Source of the DNA: an uncultured Clostridia bacterium
Lineage (GTDB): Bacteria > Bacillota > Clostridia > Oscillospirales > Acutalibacteraceae
NCBI GenBank assembly: GCA_946626015.1
Contig: CAMOTT010000001.1
Coordinates: forward strand, 1-34,697
DNA: 34,697 bases
Direction: 5' to 3'
Shown: piece after piece, positions 25,288 through 33,511 of the stretch
How positions within the stretch are numbered: the first letter of the stretch is position 1
Layout: each line of letters opens with the position of its first letter
Notes under the pieces: generated by a model
Databases searched by the model: none
What the model was told of the DNA's origin: nothing
The model's input: only the letters and a program-made list of their open reading frames with translations
Program-made: the position numbers and the translations under genes

Positions 25288-25333
25288 AAGAGTTTCTCTC
25301 CCGCAATAATTGCCGAAGAGGAACTCTTTTTAT
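25288..25333 (+). terminator. Intrinsic terminator of the HAD-mfd-pgm operon
   Basis: 12-bp stem AAGAGTTTCTCT / AGAGGAACTCTT (one G-U pair) with an inner GCAA-taa-TTGC helix, followed by TTTTTATT. Confidence 0.8.
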
Positions 25334-25372
25334 TAGCGCATTTTAATTTTTATATATTGATTTGAAACGGTC

Positions 25373-25932
25373 GGTCGTGCCCGCCCCTGCACAGGTTAGG
25401 GCTTGACTTTGCTGTGTTTTAAATCACGCGCCGTAGGGAACGCCGCCCTCGGTGTTCCCATATAAAAATCCGTACTCGCAAAATTTGACCAAACAGAAAA
25501 ACAATTAAAAAAACGGTTCTTCACGAGAAATTGTGGGATGGCACTACATTTTTATGTACTGTTTTGTGTGCTGATATAAAGCAGAAGGCAAAAAGATCCG
25601 GCTCCCTTGTGTAAAGGGAACTGTCATGCGTCAGCATGACTGAGGGATTGTTTATAAAAATTGCTGTTTCAGATAGGGACAAGTTCTGACTTTTCAGCCT
25701 GACAATCCCCCCCGAGTTGCCTTGCGGCAACCCACCTCCCTCATTGAGGGAGACTGAAATTGGGCTCCCTCCCGGAGGGAGCTGGCACGAGCAACGCGAG
25801 TGACTGAGGGAGTATCGTGCAGGGGACGGTTCCCACACCGAGAACAATTATGCCTCCCTTTACACAAGGGAGGCTGTTGTCAGAGCTTTTTGAAGTCAGC
25901 AAATTTGTTTAAGAACTCCCACAAAAATCCGT
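25373..25932. repeat. Cluster of short GC-rich hairpin modules (GGGAG/CTCCC-core intergenic repeat mosaic)
   Basis: Hairpins: GGGAAC..GTTCCC 25436-25459; TCCCTT-gtgta-AAGGGA 25603-25619; GTCATGC-gtca-GCATGAC 25623-25640; GTTGCC-ttgc-GGCAAC 25716-25731; CTCCCTC-att-GAGGGAG 25736-25752; GCTCCCTC-ccg-GAGGGAGC 25764-25782; GCCTCCCTT-tacac-AAGGGAGGC 25852-25874. An 18-nt exact inverted match links 25602-25619 and 25855-25872. Direct repeats: TGACTGAGGGA (25637-25647 / 25801-25811) and AAAAATCCGT (25464-25473 / 25923-25932). Inverted 9-mer: CCCCTGCAC (25384-25392) / GTGCAGGGG (25817-25825). Confidence 0.75.
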
Positions 25933-25940
25933 GAAGATCG

Positions 25941-25968
25941 AAAAAACAGCCACGGCGAACCGTGGCTG
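25941..25968 (-). terminator. Intrinsic terminator of the surface-protein gene
   Basis: On the minus strand: CAGCCACGG-ttcg-CCGTGGCTG (perfect 9-bp stem) followed by TTTTTT. It lies 35 nt after the stop at 26004. Confidence 0.9.
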
Positions 25969-26003
25969 TCCTGATTAGTTCAATTATTTAGTCAGACTTT
26001 AAA

Positions 26004-26714
26004 TTAGTCTTCCTTCTTGCCGCATACGAAAGCTGCTGCAGCTGCTACTGAAAGAACTGCGAAAACAGCGATAGCTGCTGTTGAACCGGTCTTGGGGTTG
26101 TCGGGAAGTGAGGGAGCGGGAGCTGCGCCGTAGGTGTAAAGCTTTGCGCCGGCGTTGAGGATCTTGGAAGCCTGGAGCTTCTTAACAACGTCGTCTCTGC
26201 TTACGCCAGCCTTCTCAAGGCCTGCGAAGAAAGCGTCAGCAACTGCGGGCATACCAGCTGAAAGATCGGTATCCTTGAGAGCCTCTCTGATGCCGTCAAG
26301 GCCGCCGTCAAGGTTAAGCTTGCCGCCGGAAAGCTTGTTGATGGACTCTGCTGTGGTCTTAAGAACGTTGTTGAGCTGCTCGGGATTAACATCGCTGAGC
26401 ATAGCCTTAAGGCCTTCGAAATCTGTAGCTGTGTTAAGGAGCTCGGAGAAGATTGACTTTGCCTTCTCGCCGACTTCTGCTACCTTCTCGTCATCGACTA
26501 AATCCTTAGCCTTCTCGATAGCTGCGCCAACGGTATCGCTGATCTCTGATTTTACGTCCTCAGCCTTATCTTCGATGGTTGCTGCTGCGTCCTCAAGCTC
26601 GCTTGCGACTGCGACTGCGGGATCTGCTGTTTCTTTTGCGTCCTCTGCGAATGCCATAACAGACATTGAAAGGCACAGAACAAGTGCAAGAATGATGCTC
26701 ATTGCTTTTTTCAT
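26004..26714 (-). CDS. Small sortase-anchored cell-wall surface protein (Ala/Asp/Glu/Lys-rich, helical)
   Basis: Signal peptide MKKAMSIILALVLCLSMSVMAFA|ED. The C-terminal sorting signal is LPDNPKTG, then hydrophobic STAAIAVFAVLSVAAAAAFV, then the charged tail CGKKED. Start taken at ATG 26714 (GAAAGGA upstream); the track start is 26726. Confidence 0.75.
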   Translation of the reverse strand: MKKAMSIILALVLCLSMSVMAFAEDAKETADPAVAVASELEDAAATIEDKAEDVKSEISDTVGAAIEKAKDLVDDEKVAEVGEKAKSIFSELLNTATDFEGLKAMLSDVNPEQLNNVLKTTAESINKLSGGKLNLDGGLDGIREALKDTDLSAGMPAVADAFFAGLEKAGVSRDDVVKKLQASKILNAGAKLYTYGAAPAPSLPDNPKTGSTAAIAVFAVLSVAAAAAFVCGKKED

Positions 26715-26760
26715 GGTGAAAAACATCCTTTCATTTCAATAATGTATTCTTTGCTCGTCT

Positions 26761-26790
26761 ATGATAACACAGACGCATCGGGTTTGTCAA
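26761..26790 (-). promoter_or_regulatory. Sigma-A promoter of the surface-protein gene
   Basis: Read on the minus strand: TTGACA (26785-26790), 18 nt, TATCAT (26761-26766), with TGn extended -10. Confidence 0.6.
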
Positions 26791-26874
26791 TAGAAAATAC
26801 AATAAAATCGTTATATTTTTTACAGGTATTTTTTAACAAACCCGATGGGAAATTTTATTATGTTTTTGTCGATA

Positions 26875-28929
26875 TTACTCTTCTTCGTTTGCTTTGGACT
26901 CTTCAATGACCTTCTGCGCCACGTTCTGAGGAGCGTCCTCGTAACGGGCAAACTCTATTGAGAAGTAGCCTTTGCCTGCGGTTATTGAACGAAGGACAGT
27001 GGCGAAATCGCCCATTTCAGCCATGGGGACTTCGGCTACAAGCTCCTGCATCTTGGGCTCGTCTGCGGGTCCCATGCCAAGCACGCGGCCGCGGCGCTTT
27101 GTAACGTCGCCCATGATGTCGCCCATTTTGTCGTCCGGAACATAAGCCTTAAGGGTGCCGATAGGCTCAAGGATCGTGGGCTGAGCGTTGGGGATACCGT
27201 TCTTGAAAGCGATGGCGGCAGCCGTCTTGAACGCCATTTCAGAGGAGTCTACGGGGTGATATGAGCCAAAGTAAAGGGTCGCCTTGATGCCCACCATGGG
27301 GTAACCTGCGATAAGACCCTTTGCCACGCACTCGCGAAGACCTTTTTCAACTGCCGGGAAATACTGCTTGGGCACTGAACCGCCGACGATCTCCTCGCAG
27401 AATTCCAGACCGTCGCAATCACAGGGCTCAAAGCGGATGTAAACATCGCCGAACTGGCCGTGACCGCCGGACTGCTTCTTATGGCGGCCCTGAACCTCGA
27501 CCTTCTTGCGAATGGTCTCTCTGTAAGCGACCTTGGGAACGGTCAGATCGACCTCAACGCCGAACTTGTTCTTGAGCTTGGAAACGATAACATCAAGATG
27601 CTGCTCGCCCAGGCCGGAAAGTATCTGCTCACGGGTCTCCGTGTTGGTCTCGAACTTGATGGTAAGGTCTTCTTCCGCAAGACGTGAAAGACCTGATGCT
27701 ACCTTCTCCTCCTCGCCCTTCTTGCGAACCTTGACCGCCATTGAAAGGCAGGGCGCCGGGAAGGTGATGCCCTCAAGGTTGATGACGTTCTTGGCGCTGC
27801 AGAGGGTGTCGCCGGTGTTGATGCCGTTGAGCTTGGTAACAACGCCGATGTCGCCTGCGGGGATAGAGCCTGCGTCCTCCTGCTTGCCGCCGCGGACGGT
27901 GACTATCTTGCCCATTCTCTCGCTCTCGCCTGTACGGGCGTTATACGCGGGCACGTCGGAGGTGATCTTGCCGGAAACTACCTTGAAGAATGACATTCTG
28001 CCAACGAAGGGGTCGGCGATGGTCTTGAAGCAGATCGCCGCAAGGGGGCCGTTCTCGTCACAGGGAACGTCCTTGTCCCCTGCCTTTTCGCCGGCATATT
28101 CAGCCGCCGAGGGGGCGCTGGCAACAATGCCGTTGAGCAGGAGGTCTACCGCGTCCGTCGTGTAACCGGCGCAGGCATATACGGGGTAGATCAAGCCGTT
28201 GGCTATACCGATGGAAAGACCCTTTGCTATCTCCTCGGGGGTGAACTCCTCGCCCTCAAAGAATTTTTCCATAAGCTCGTCATCCGCTCCTGCGACTGCT
28301 TCCTTGAAAGCGTCCTGCAGCTCTGCCAGATGATCGTCGGCAGGGATGGCAACCTCAGAGGCCTTGCCATTATCGTATTTGTACGCCTTGTTTGCGGAAA
28401 GGTCGATGTAGCACTCCACCTTGTCACCGTTCATGTGGGGAACGACTACGGGGCAAAGGGATGTGCCCACTTCTTCTTTAAGAGCCTCAAAGGTCTTGAA
28501 GAAATCCGCGTTCTCGCTGTCGCACTTCGTGACTACGAACATCTTTGCGATGCCGCGCTTGTCAGCAGCCTTGCAAGCCTTCTCGGTGCCCACGCTGTAG
28601 CCTGAACCGGCTGAGGTGACAACAAGGGCGCACTCTGCCGCGCGCATACCCTCGCTGATGCCGCCTGCGAAGTCAAAAAGACCGGGAGTGTCTATTATGT
28701 TGATCTTGGTGTTTTTCCATTCGATGGGAGCCACTGCCGTGGATACTGTGGCTTTGCGCTTCTTTTCCTCCGCGTCAAAGTCCATTACTGTGTTGCCATC
28801 CGCAACTCTGCCCAGTCTGTCGGTGGCCTTTGCTATGAAAAGCATTGCCTCCGCCAAAGTGGTTTTACCCCTGCCGCCGTGTCCGGCAAGGACAATATTT
28901 CTGATGTCTTTTGCGTTGTAGGCCTTCAA
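26875..28929 (-). CDS. Elongation factor G-family translational GTPase (stand-alone EF-G paralog)
   Basis: 684 aa. G1 GHGGRGKTT, G3 DTPG, G4 TKCD, and EF-G domains II-V inferred from length and conserved blocks (e.g. GKQEDAGSIPAGDI, HPVDSSEMAFK). TTG start at 28927-28929 with a perfect AAGGAGG 7 nt upstream. It is not in an rpsL-rpsG-fusA-tuf context. Confidence 0.85.
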   Translation of the reverse strand: MKAYNAKDIRNIVLAGHGGRGKTTLAEAMLFIAKATDRLGRVADGNTVMDFDAEEKKRKATVSTAVAPIEWKNTKINIIDTPGLFDFAGGISEGMRAAECALVVTSAGSGYSVGTEKACKAADKRGIAKMFVVTKCDSENADFFKTFEALKEEVGTSLCPVVVPHMNGDKVECYIDLSANKAYKYDNGKASEVAIPADDHLAELQDAFKEAVAGADDELMEKFFEGEEFTPEEIAKGLSIGIANGLIYPVYACAGYTTDAVDLLLNGIVASAPSAAEYAGEKAGDKDVPCDENGPLAAICFKTIADPFVGRMSFFKVVSGKITSDVPAYNARTGESERMGKIVTVRGGKQEDAGSIPAGDIGVVTKLNGINTGDTLCSAKNVINLEGITFPAPCLSMAVKVRKKGEEEKVASGLSRLAEEDLTIKFETNTETREQILSGLGEQHLDVIVSKLKNKFGVEVDLTVPKVAYRETIRKKVEVQGRHKKQSGGHGQFGDVYIRFEPCDCDGLEFCEEIVGGSVPKQYFPAVEKGLRECVAKGLIAGYPMVGIKATLYFGSYHPVDSSEMAFKTAAAIAFKNGIPNAQPTILEPIGTLKAYVPDDKMGDIMGDVTKRRGRVLGMGPADEPKMQELVAEVPMAEMGDFATVLRSITAGKGYFSIEFARYEDAPQNVAQKVIEESKANEEE

Positions 28930-29010
28930 AGTGTCTACCTCCTTGTAATGTATAAGTGAAGATTAGCAGATACAGTAAGTTAAATACCAAATCATACACT
29001 AACAAAGACC

Positions 29011-29039
29011 ATTGTAACACAACAGTTTTGCATTTACAA
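29011..29039 (-). promoter_or_regulatory. Sigma-A promoter of the EF-G paralog
   Basis: Read on the minus strand: TTGTAA (29034-29039), 17 nt, TACAAT (29011-29016), with TGn extended -10. This gives a 5' UTR of about 75 nt. Confidence 0.55.
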
Positions 29040-29106
29040 TGATTTTTTTCTCAATTAAACAAACAAACCCGGGTTTTGTGCAATTTGTTGAACACAGTGT
29101 CCGAAA

Positions 29107-30285
29107 TTACAGCAAAATCACGTTACCGGCCTGCTCCAAGCCGCAGATATCGGGCTTTGGCATGGCCATTGTGAACATATCCTCCAGCGCGCATTCCGCG
29201 GCAAAGACCTGCCGCGCCTCCGGGCTGAGACCCTGAACGTCAGAGAACCTCATAACTACGGGCAGCTCCGCGGCGTTCCTTGCCTCGCGCAGTATCTCCC
29301 TTCCCCTCCCGTTCAGCGCCAAAGGCTGAATGTACGGGGGCAGACCCGCCGAAAGCTCCCGGGTCAGCCCCAGAAAGCTGTGCAAAACCACCCTGCGGAT
29401 ACGGGCATGGGTATAGCGTTTTGTTTTTGCTCCGTCATAAAGCTCCTCCAGAGTCACCGACGACCGGACGGCTGAATATATCCTGTTTTCTATGCCCTCG
29501 GAAATATCCGGCGCCTTTGCGATATCTTCCGGGCTCAGTCTGCGCAGGGCGCACAGCGCCGCCCTCTCTATGTTCTTCAGGGAGACCGGCGCCCTGCCTG
29601 CCTCTATTTCTTCCTTTAATATTTCGGCGGAGGACAGATATTCCTCCGGGAATTCCCCGGCAAACAGTTTTTCACGTATCTCCGCGCCGCTGGAAAAGCC
29701 CCCCTCGGCAGGCCGGTCGTGCCCGGCGCCCTGCCTTTTGACGGCATAGGGAACAATGGAGGAGCCAAGGGCGTTGAGTGCCTTGACGTACTCCACGCCC
29801 AGTATATCATTGGGGGATCTCAGCACCGCAGAGGCCTCCGGCCGCAGGTTTTCCAGCGCCCTTTCCCGGGCGGCGGCAAAGGTCATGGACAGCTCAAGTC
29901 CTTCTTTTAAAAGTCCGGGGTACTTTTCGTCGTTTTCCCCTGCGGCGGCCGCTTTTATCGCCTCAACATCCCCCGACTCGCTGCCAAAGCACAGGGTATC
30001 CACGCAACCGAGGGAGTCCAAAAGCCTCACTCCACCCACAGCAAACCTGTTTGCCCCGGCGCTTGACCATGGGGCGGGCAGACCCAGCACCAGATCCGCT
30101 CCGTTGAGCACCGCCGCCTTTGCCCGGGCGCGCTTTTCGGCAACGGCGAAGTCCCCCCGCTGCACCGCGTTGCCGCTCATCACTACCACTATCCTCTCAG
30201 CCCCCAGCTCACGGAGCCTTTTGAGCTGATAGGCGTGGCCAGTGTGGAAGGGATTGTATTCCGCAATAATTCCTGCCGTTTTCAT
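29107..30285 (-). CDS. tmcAL: tRNA(Met) cytidine acetate ligase TmcAL (YlbM/UPF0348 nucleotidyltransferase)
   Basis: 392 aa. The N-terminus MKTAGIIAEYNPFHTGHAYQLKRLRE is the characteristic YlbM/TmcAL HxGH-type nucleotidyltransferase start, and length and downstream blocks (GSESGD, ILGVEY) are consistent. Confidence 0.85.
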   Translation of the reverse strand: MKTAGIIAEYNPFHTGHAYQLKRLRELGAERIVVVMSGNAVQRGDFAVAEKRARAKAAVLNGADLVLGLPAPWSSAGANRFAVGGVRLLDSLGCVDTLCFGSESGDVEAIKAAAAGENDEKYPGLLKEGLELSMTFAAARERALENLRPEASAVLRSPNDILGVEYVKALNALGSSIVPYAVKRQGAGHDRPAEGGFSSGAEIREKLFAGEFPEEYLSSAEILKEEIEAGRAPVSLKNIERAALCALRRLSPEDIAKAPDISEGIENRIYSAVRSSVTLEELYDGAKTKRYTHARIRRVVLHSFLGLTRELSAGLPPYIQPLALNGRGREILREARNAAELPVVMRFSDVQGLSPEARQVFAAECALEDMFTMAMPKPDICGLEQAGNVILL

Positions 30286-30391
30286 GTTGAAATATCCTTT
30301 CGGTCAATCGGCGTCACGCCGAAAAAGTTTATATCACACATAAATGATAACATAAAAAGCGAAAAAGTAAACACAAACACCCTTATTTCCG

Positions 30392-30420
30392 TTGCCTGAA
30401 AAACAACTCTATGTTATAAT
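30392..30420 (+). promoter_or_regulatory. Sigma-A promoter of the MFS transporter gene
   Basis: TTGCCT (30392-30397), 17 nt, TATAAT (30415-30420), with TGn extended -10. Confidence 0.65.
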
Positions 30421-30458
30421 GTTAAAAAATCAACGTTTAAAAATTTTTGGAGCAAAAA

Positions 30459-31709
30459 ATGGAAACGAAAGAAAGCAAGGCTCTTGTAAAAAAACAATAT
30501 ATATCCATACTGCTCGCCTGGGCGGTGTACGTTTCCGCTTATTTCGGCAGATACAGCTACAGCGCGAACATCGCCCTTATGGAACAGGGCTACGGCGGAG
30601 CGGCTCACACAAACGCCGAGGCCGGGCTTGTGATGACCTTCTTTGCCATCACCTACGGCGCGGGGCAGATCATCCACGGCATTTTGTGCAGACGGTACTC
30701 CCGCAGATTTGCGGTGCCGGCGGTGCTGACTGTCTCCGGTGCGGTCAACCTGCTGATATTCATCGGCGTCCCCTTCGGGGCTGTCAAATATCTCTGGATG
30801 CTCAACGCCGCCTGTCAATCCGTCCTGTGGTCGCTGATAATGCAGATCATCAGCGAAAACGTGGGGGAACGGCTCATGCATAAAGCCGTGCTGGCCATGA
30901 GCACCACCACCTCCTTCGGCACCCTGTTTATCTACGCCATGAGCGCCTGGTTTGCAAAGAGCAATTATCTTATGACCTTTTTTGTCAGCTCTATCGTGCT
31001 GGTCTCTTCGGCAGTGATCTGGATGCTTTTTTACCGCCCCGGCGATTTTCTCAAAAACGCCGCTCACGGGGACGAACCCGGCTCGGCTAAAAAGCCTTTT
31101 GACAAGGCCTCCCTTCTTGCGCCCATAATACTGCTTCTGATCTTCTCCTTCCTTGTCAACTTCAACAAAGACGGGCTCCAGACCTGGGTACCGGTGATAC
31201 TCAAGAACCTCCACGGCATGAGGGACGAGCACTCCATCCTGCTGACCCTGATCCTGCCCCTGTTCGGGGTCTTCGGCTCGTCGGCGGCGGTGCTTACGAA
31301 CAAAAAGATAAAGAGCATACTGGCCATCATCCTGATTTTTTCCGGCTTTACCGCCCTGTTCAACACAGCGGTCATTCTGTTCAAGAACAGCCTTGTGATC
31401 ACCCTTGTCTGCTTCGGCTTCCTTGAGCTGTTCCTTCACGGCGCCTCCAGCGCCATAGTGAGCATCTTCCCTCTGGCGATGCGCGAGAAAATAAGCTCCG
31501 GCCTGCTGGCGGGCATCCTTGACGGCAGCGCGTACCTTGGCAGCGGCATAAGCTCCTACGCCCTGGGCAAGATAGCGGACGTCACCGGGGGCTGGAACAG
31601 CGTGTTCGCGACCCTGCTGGGCTCCGCCTGTTCCATACTGATCTTCGGGGGCGTTTATATGATAGCGTCAAAACACAAGGCCGTTAATGCCCGCGCTTCA
31701 CACTTGTAA
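30459..31709 (+). CDS. MFS transporter (possibly organophosphate:Pi antiporter-like)
   Basis: About 12 TM helices in a 6+6 arrangement with a central hydrophilic loop. The N-terminal region YISILLAWAVYVSAYFGRYSYSANI resembles GlpT/UhpC-type MFS proteins, but the substrate call is tentative. ATG 30459 has GGAG 6 nt upstream; the track start is a TTG at 30447. Confidence 0.75.
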   Translation: METKESKALVKKQYISILLAWAVYVSAYFGRYSYSANIALMEQGYGGAAHTNAEAGLVMTFFAITYGAGQIIHGILCRRYSRRFAVPAVLTVSGAVNLLIFIGVPFGAVKYLWMLNAACQSVLWSLIMQIISENVGERLMHKAVLAMSTTTSFGTLFIYAMSAWFAKSNYLMTFFVSSIVLVSSAVIWMLFYRPGDFLKNAAHGDEPGSAKKPFDKASLLAPIILLLIFSFLVNFNKDGLQTWVPVILKNLHGMRDEHSILLTLILPLFGVFGSSAAVLTNKKIKSILAIILIFSGFTALFNTAVILFKNSLVITLVCFGFLELFLHGASSAIVSIFPLAMREKISSGLLAGILDGSAYLGSGISSYALGKIADVTGGWNSVFATLLGSACSILIFGGVYMIASKHKAVNARASHL

Positions 31710-31713
31710 TTTG

Positions 31714-31742
31714 TTGACTTTTTGTGTTGTAAATGATATAAT
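31714..31742 (+). promoter_or_regulatory. Near-consensus sigma-A promoter for the GT-C/GT2 pair
   Basis: TTGACT (31714-31719), 17 nt, TATAAT (31737-31742). It begins 5 nt after the MFS stop codon, at the point where base composition drops. Confidence 0.7.
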
Positions 31743-31779
31743 TTTTAAGCAAATTCACATATGTGGCAGGGGGATTTTC

Positions 31780-33507
31780 GTGAAAGCAAAAACTTCTGAC
31801 GTTTCCGTAAAAGATATGCTTATTTTGGCAGCATCTTTTTTGCTCGTTTGTCTTAACGCTTACACAAAAATTTTCGTTGGTTTAGCATTAGCTCTTTTAC
31901 TTGTTTTTATAATCAGGCAAAGAAACTCTATAAAAGATAATCTCGAAACCGCAAAAAAAGCCAAATCAGGGTTGCTTTTCTGCTTGCTTGCGGCCTTATT
32001 GTTTTCGTCAGGCATTGTGCTTAACGGCAGCGTATCGGAGGCTTTTTCTTCCGTCAGGCAGGCGGTCGCCTCCGGGCTGATGATACTTGTCGTTTTCCTG
32101 TTTGTGTTTCTCATCTTTTCATTTGCGTTAAAACAATTTGATCGCCAATGGGAAAAAGCGAACGCTCCCAGAGAACATACGGGGATAATGTTTGCGCTGT
32201 TTCTTTGTGTGTTCGGGCTTTATTTTCTGCTGTACTATCCCGGCATTTTTACCCCGGACAACGCCGCTCAGATGCAGCAGTGCGCAGATCTTTCAACGCT
32301 GAACGGACACCATCCGGTTTTGCATACGCTGCTGTTGTATGCGCTGGTCTACGCTCTCGGCAGAGGGAGCCCGGTACCCTACATTATTTTTCAGATCCTG
32401 TTGTCCTCCGCGATATACTCCTATTGCTGTCACTGGATCGCGGTACGGATAAAGAACAACGTCATTTACCTGTTATCATTTTTGTTTTTGCTTCTTCACC
32501 CGTATTTCGGTCTGTCTTCGGTCAGCCTGTGCAAAGATTATATTTTCGGTCCGATCCTTTTACTGTTTGTTGTTTTGCTGGCAGACGCAGCCATTGCGGG
32601 AGAAGAGTCGCTGAAATCAAAAAAGAACCTTTTCCTTTTGACGCTTTCCGCGATCCTTGTCTGTATGCTCCGCAATAACGGCATCGCCATAATCGCGCTG
32701 CTTATAGTCGCGGCTGTCGTTAGAATAAAAACCTTTGGCAAAAAGTTTTTGGGCGCGCTTGTTGTTTCTTTCGCCCTTGTGCTTGCGTTTCAGTTTATCC
32801 TGACGCCTCTGGCAAGCATAAAAAAAGGGAGCATAGTCGAAGCTCTCGGAGTGCCCCTTCAGCAAATCGCAAGAACAGTGTATGACGGCGGCAACTATGA
32901 GTCGGAAAGGGAATATGTGACCTCCCTGCTCCCTGAGGAAACGATCAAGGAGGTTTTTTCCGAAAAAAGCGTCGATCCGATCAAATTTAACGAAAATTTC
33001 AACAAAGAGATCATAGAGAATGACGTTCCCGGCTTCCTTAAAGTCTGGGCTAAGCTGCTGCCGAAAAATCTGCTCTCCTATTGCCGCGCGTATTTTGTTT
33101 TGTCCGAATCCGTTTGGAATCCTTTTTCAAACACGGCGATGATAGAGCCGCACAGCGACTCGGTGAATTTTACGAAAACAAATTTTTCTCCGGTATTTCC
33201 CGGACTCACCGAAAAATTCGAGCTGATCTTGAATTTCTGGCAGTTCAGCCGCTACACCCCGGGGCTTAAAATGCTTTGGAACCCCGCGGCGTACTTTATC
33301 TTTTATCTGTTATGCTGCGCCCGGATATGCCTGCGCAAAGGCAAGGGGTATTTAATGCCTTTTATTCCCTGCTTTTCCGTGTGGATGATCGTAGCTCTGA
33401 TGACACCCGCGGCGCTGGTGGGCAGGTATTTGAACTGTATGATAGTATGTTTCCCTGTTTATATTTCGCTTTTGGCTTACAACGAAAAACAAATTGACAG
33501 AGGGTGA
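31780..33507 (+). CDS. Large polytopic membrane protein, putative GT-C-fold (polyprenyl-phosphate-sugar dependent) glycosyltransferase
   Basis: About 575 aa. More than 10 TM helices fill the N-terminal ~370 aa, followed by a hydrophilic ~130-aa segment and two further TM helices. An early extracytoplasmic loop reads YYPGIFTPDNAAQMQQ (acidic residue after TM). The gene lies immediately before a GtrB-like GT2. The function is a topology and context inference. Start proposed at GTG 31780 (GGGGGA RBS); alternative ATG at 31816; the track start 31687 overlaps the MFS gene and the promoter. Confidence 0.5.
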   Translation: MKAKTSDVSVKDMLILAASFLLVCLNAYTKIFVGLALALLLVFIIRQRNSIKDNLETAKKAKSGLLFCLLAALLFSSGIVLNGSVSEAFSSVRQAVASGLMILVVFLFVFLIFSFALKQFDRQWEKANAPREHTGIMFALFLCVFGLYFLLYYPGIFTPDNAAQMQQCADLSTLNGHHPVLHTLLLYALVYALGRGSPVPYIIFQILLSSAIYSYCCHWIAVRIKNNVIYLLSFLFLLLHPYFGLSSVSLCKDYIFGPILLLFVVLLADAAIAGEESLKSKKNLFLLTLSAILVCMLRNNGIAIIALLIVAAVVRIKTFGKKFLGALVVSFALVLAFQFILTPLASIKKGSIVEALGVPLQQIARTVYDGGNYESEREYVTSLLPEETIKEVFSEKSVDPIKFNENFNKEIIENDVPGFLKVWAKLLPKNLLSYCRAYFVLSESVWNPFSNTAMIEPHSDSVNFTKTNFSPVFPGLTEKFELILNFWQFSRYTPGLKMLWNPAAYFIFYLLCCARICLRKGKGYLMPFIPCFSVWMIVALMTPAALVGRYLNCMIVCFPVYISLLAYNEKQIDRG

Positions 33508-33511
33508 AGAG

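Noticed and set aside
25521-25847. 108-aa ORF spanning the hairpin island
   Set aside because: The translation is simply a read-through of palindromic GC-rich modules (PPGGSP, SLYTREP). There is no RBS, and the ORF runs through the AT-rich spacers between the hairpin modules. It is treated as non-coding repeat DNA.
25600-25880. Possible CRISPR array, because of recurring short palindromic GC-rich units
   Set aside because: The units are not identical, not of constant length and not regularly spaced by unique spacers. There are no cas genes or leader in the window.
28930-29010. Riboswitch or leader element in the ~75-nt 5' UTR of the EF-G paralog; the short UTRs of the MFS and HAD genes were also considered
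   Set aside because: No recognisable riboswitch core, T-box specifier/antiterminator or terminator-antiterminator pair was seen. The sequence is AT-rich and unstructured by inspection.
29063-29079. Terminator for tmcAL (ACAAACCCGGGTTTTGT)
   Set aside because: The palindrome has essentially no loop (CCCGGG centre), a short A/T-rich stem and only a weak T-tract on the minus strand. It is too weak to list as a feature, although read-through into the EF-G promoter region or weak termination is possible.
30414-31439. 341-aa minus-strand ORF antisense to the MFS transporter
   Set aside because: Its composition (runs of G, D, Q, H, R) is typical of a mirror frame of a GC-rich membrane-protein gene. 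There are no motifs, and it overlaps the plus-strand promoter and RBS.
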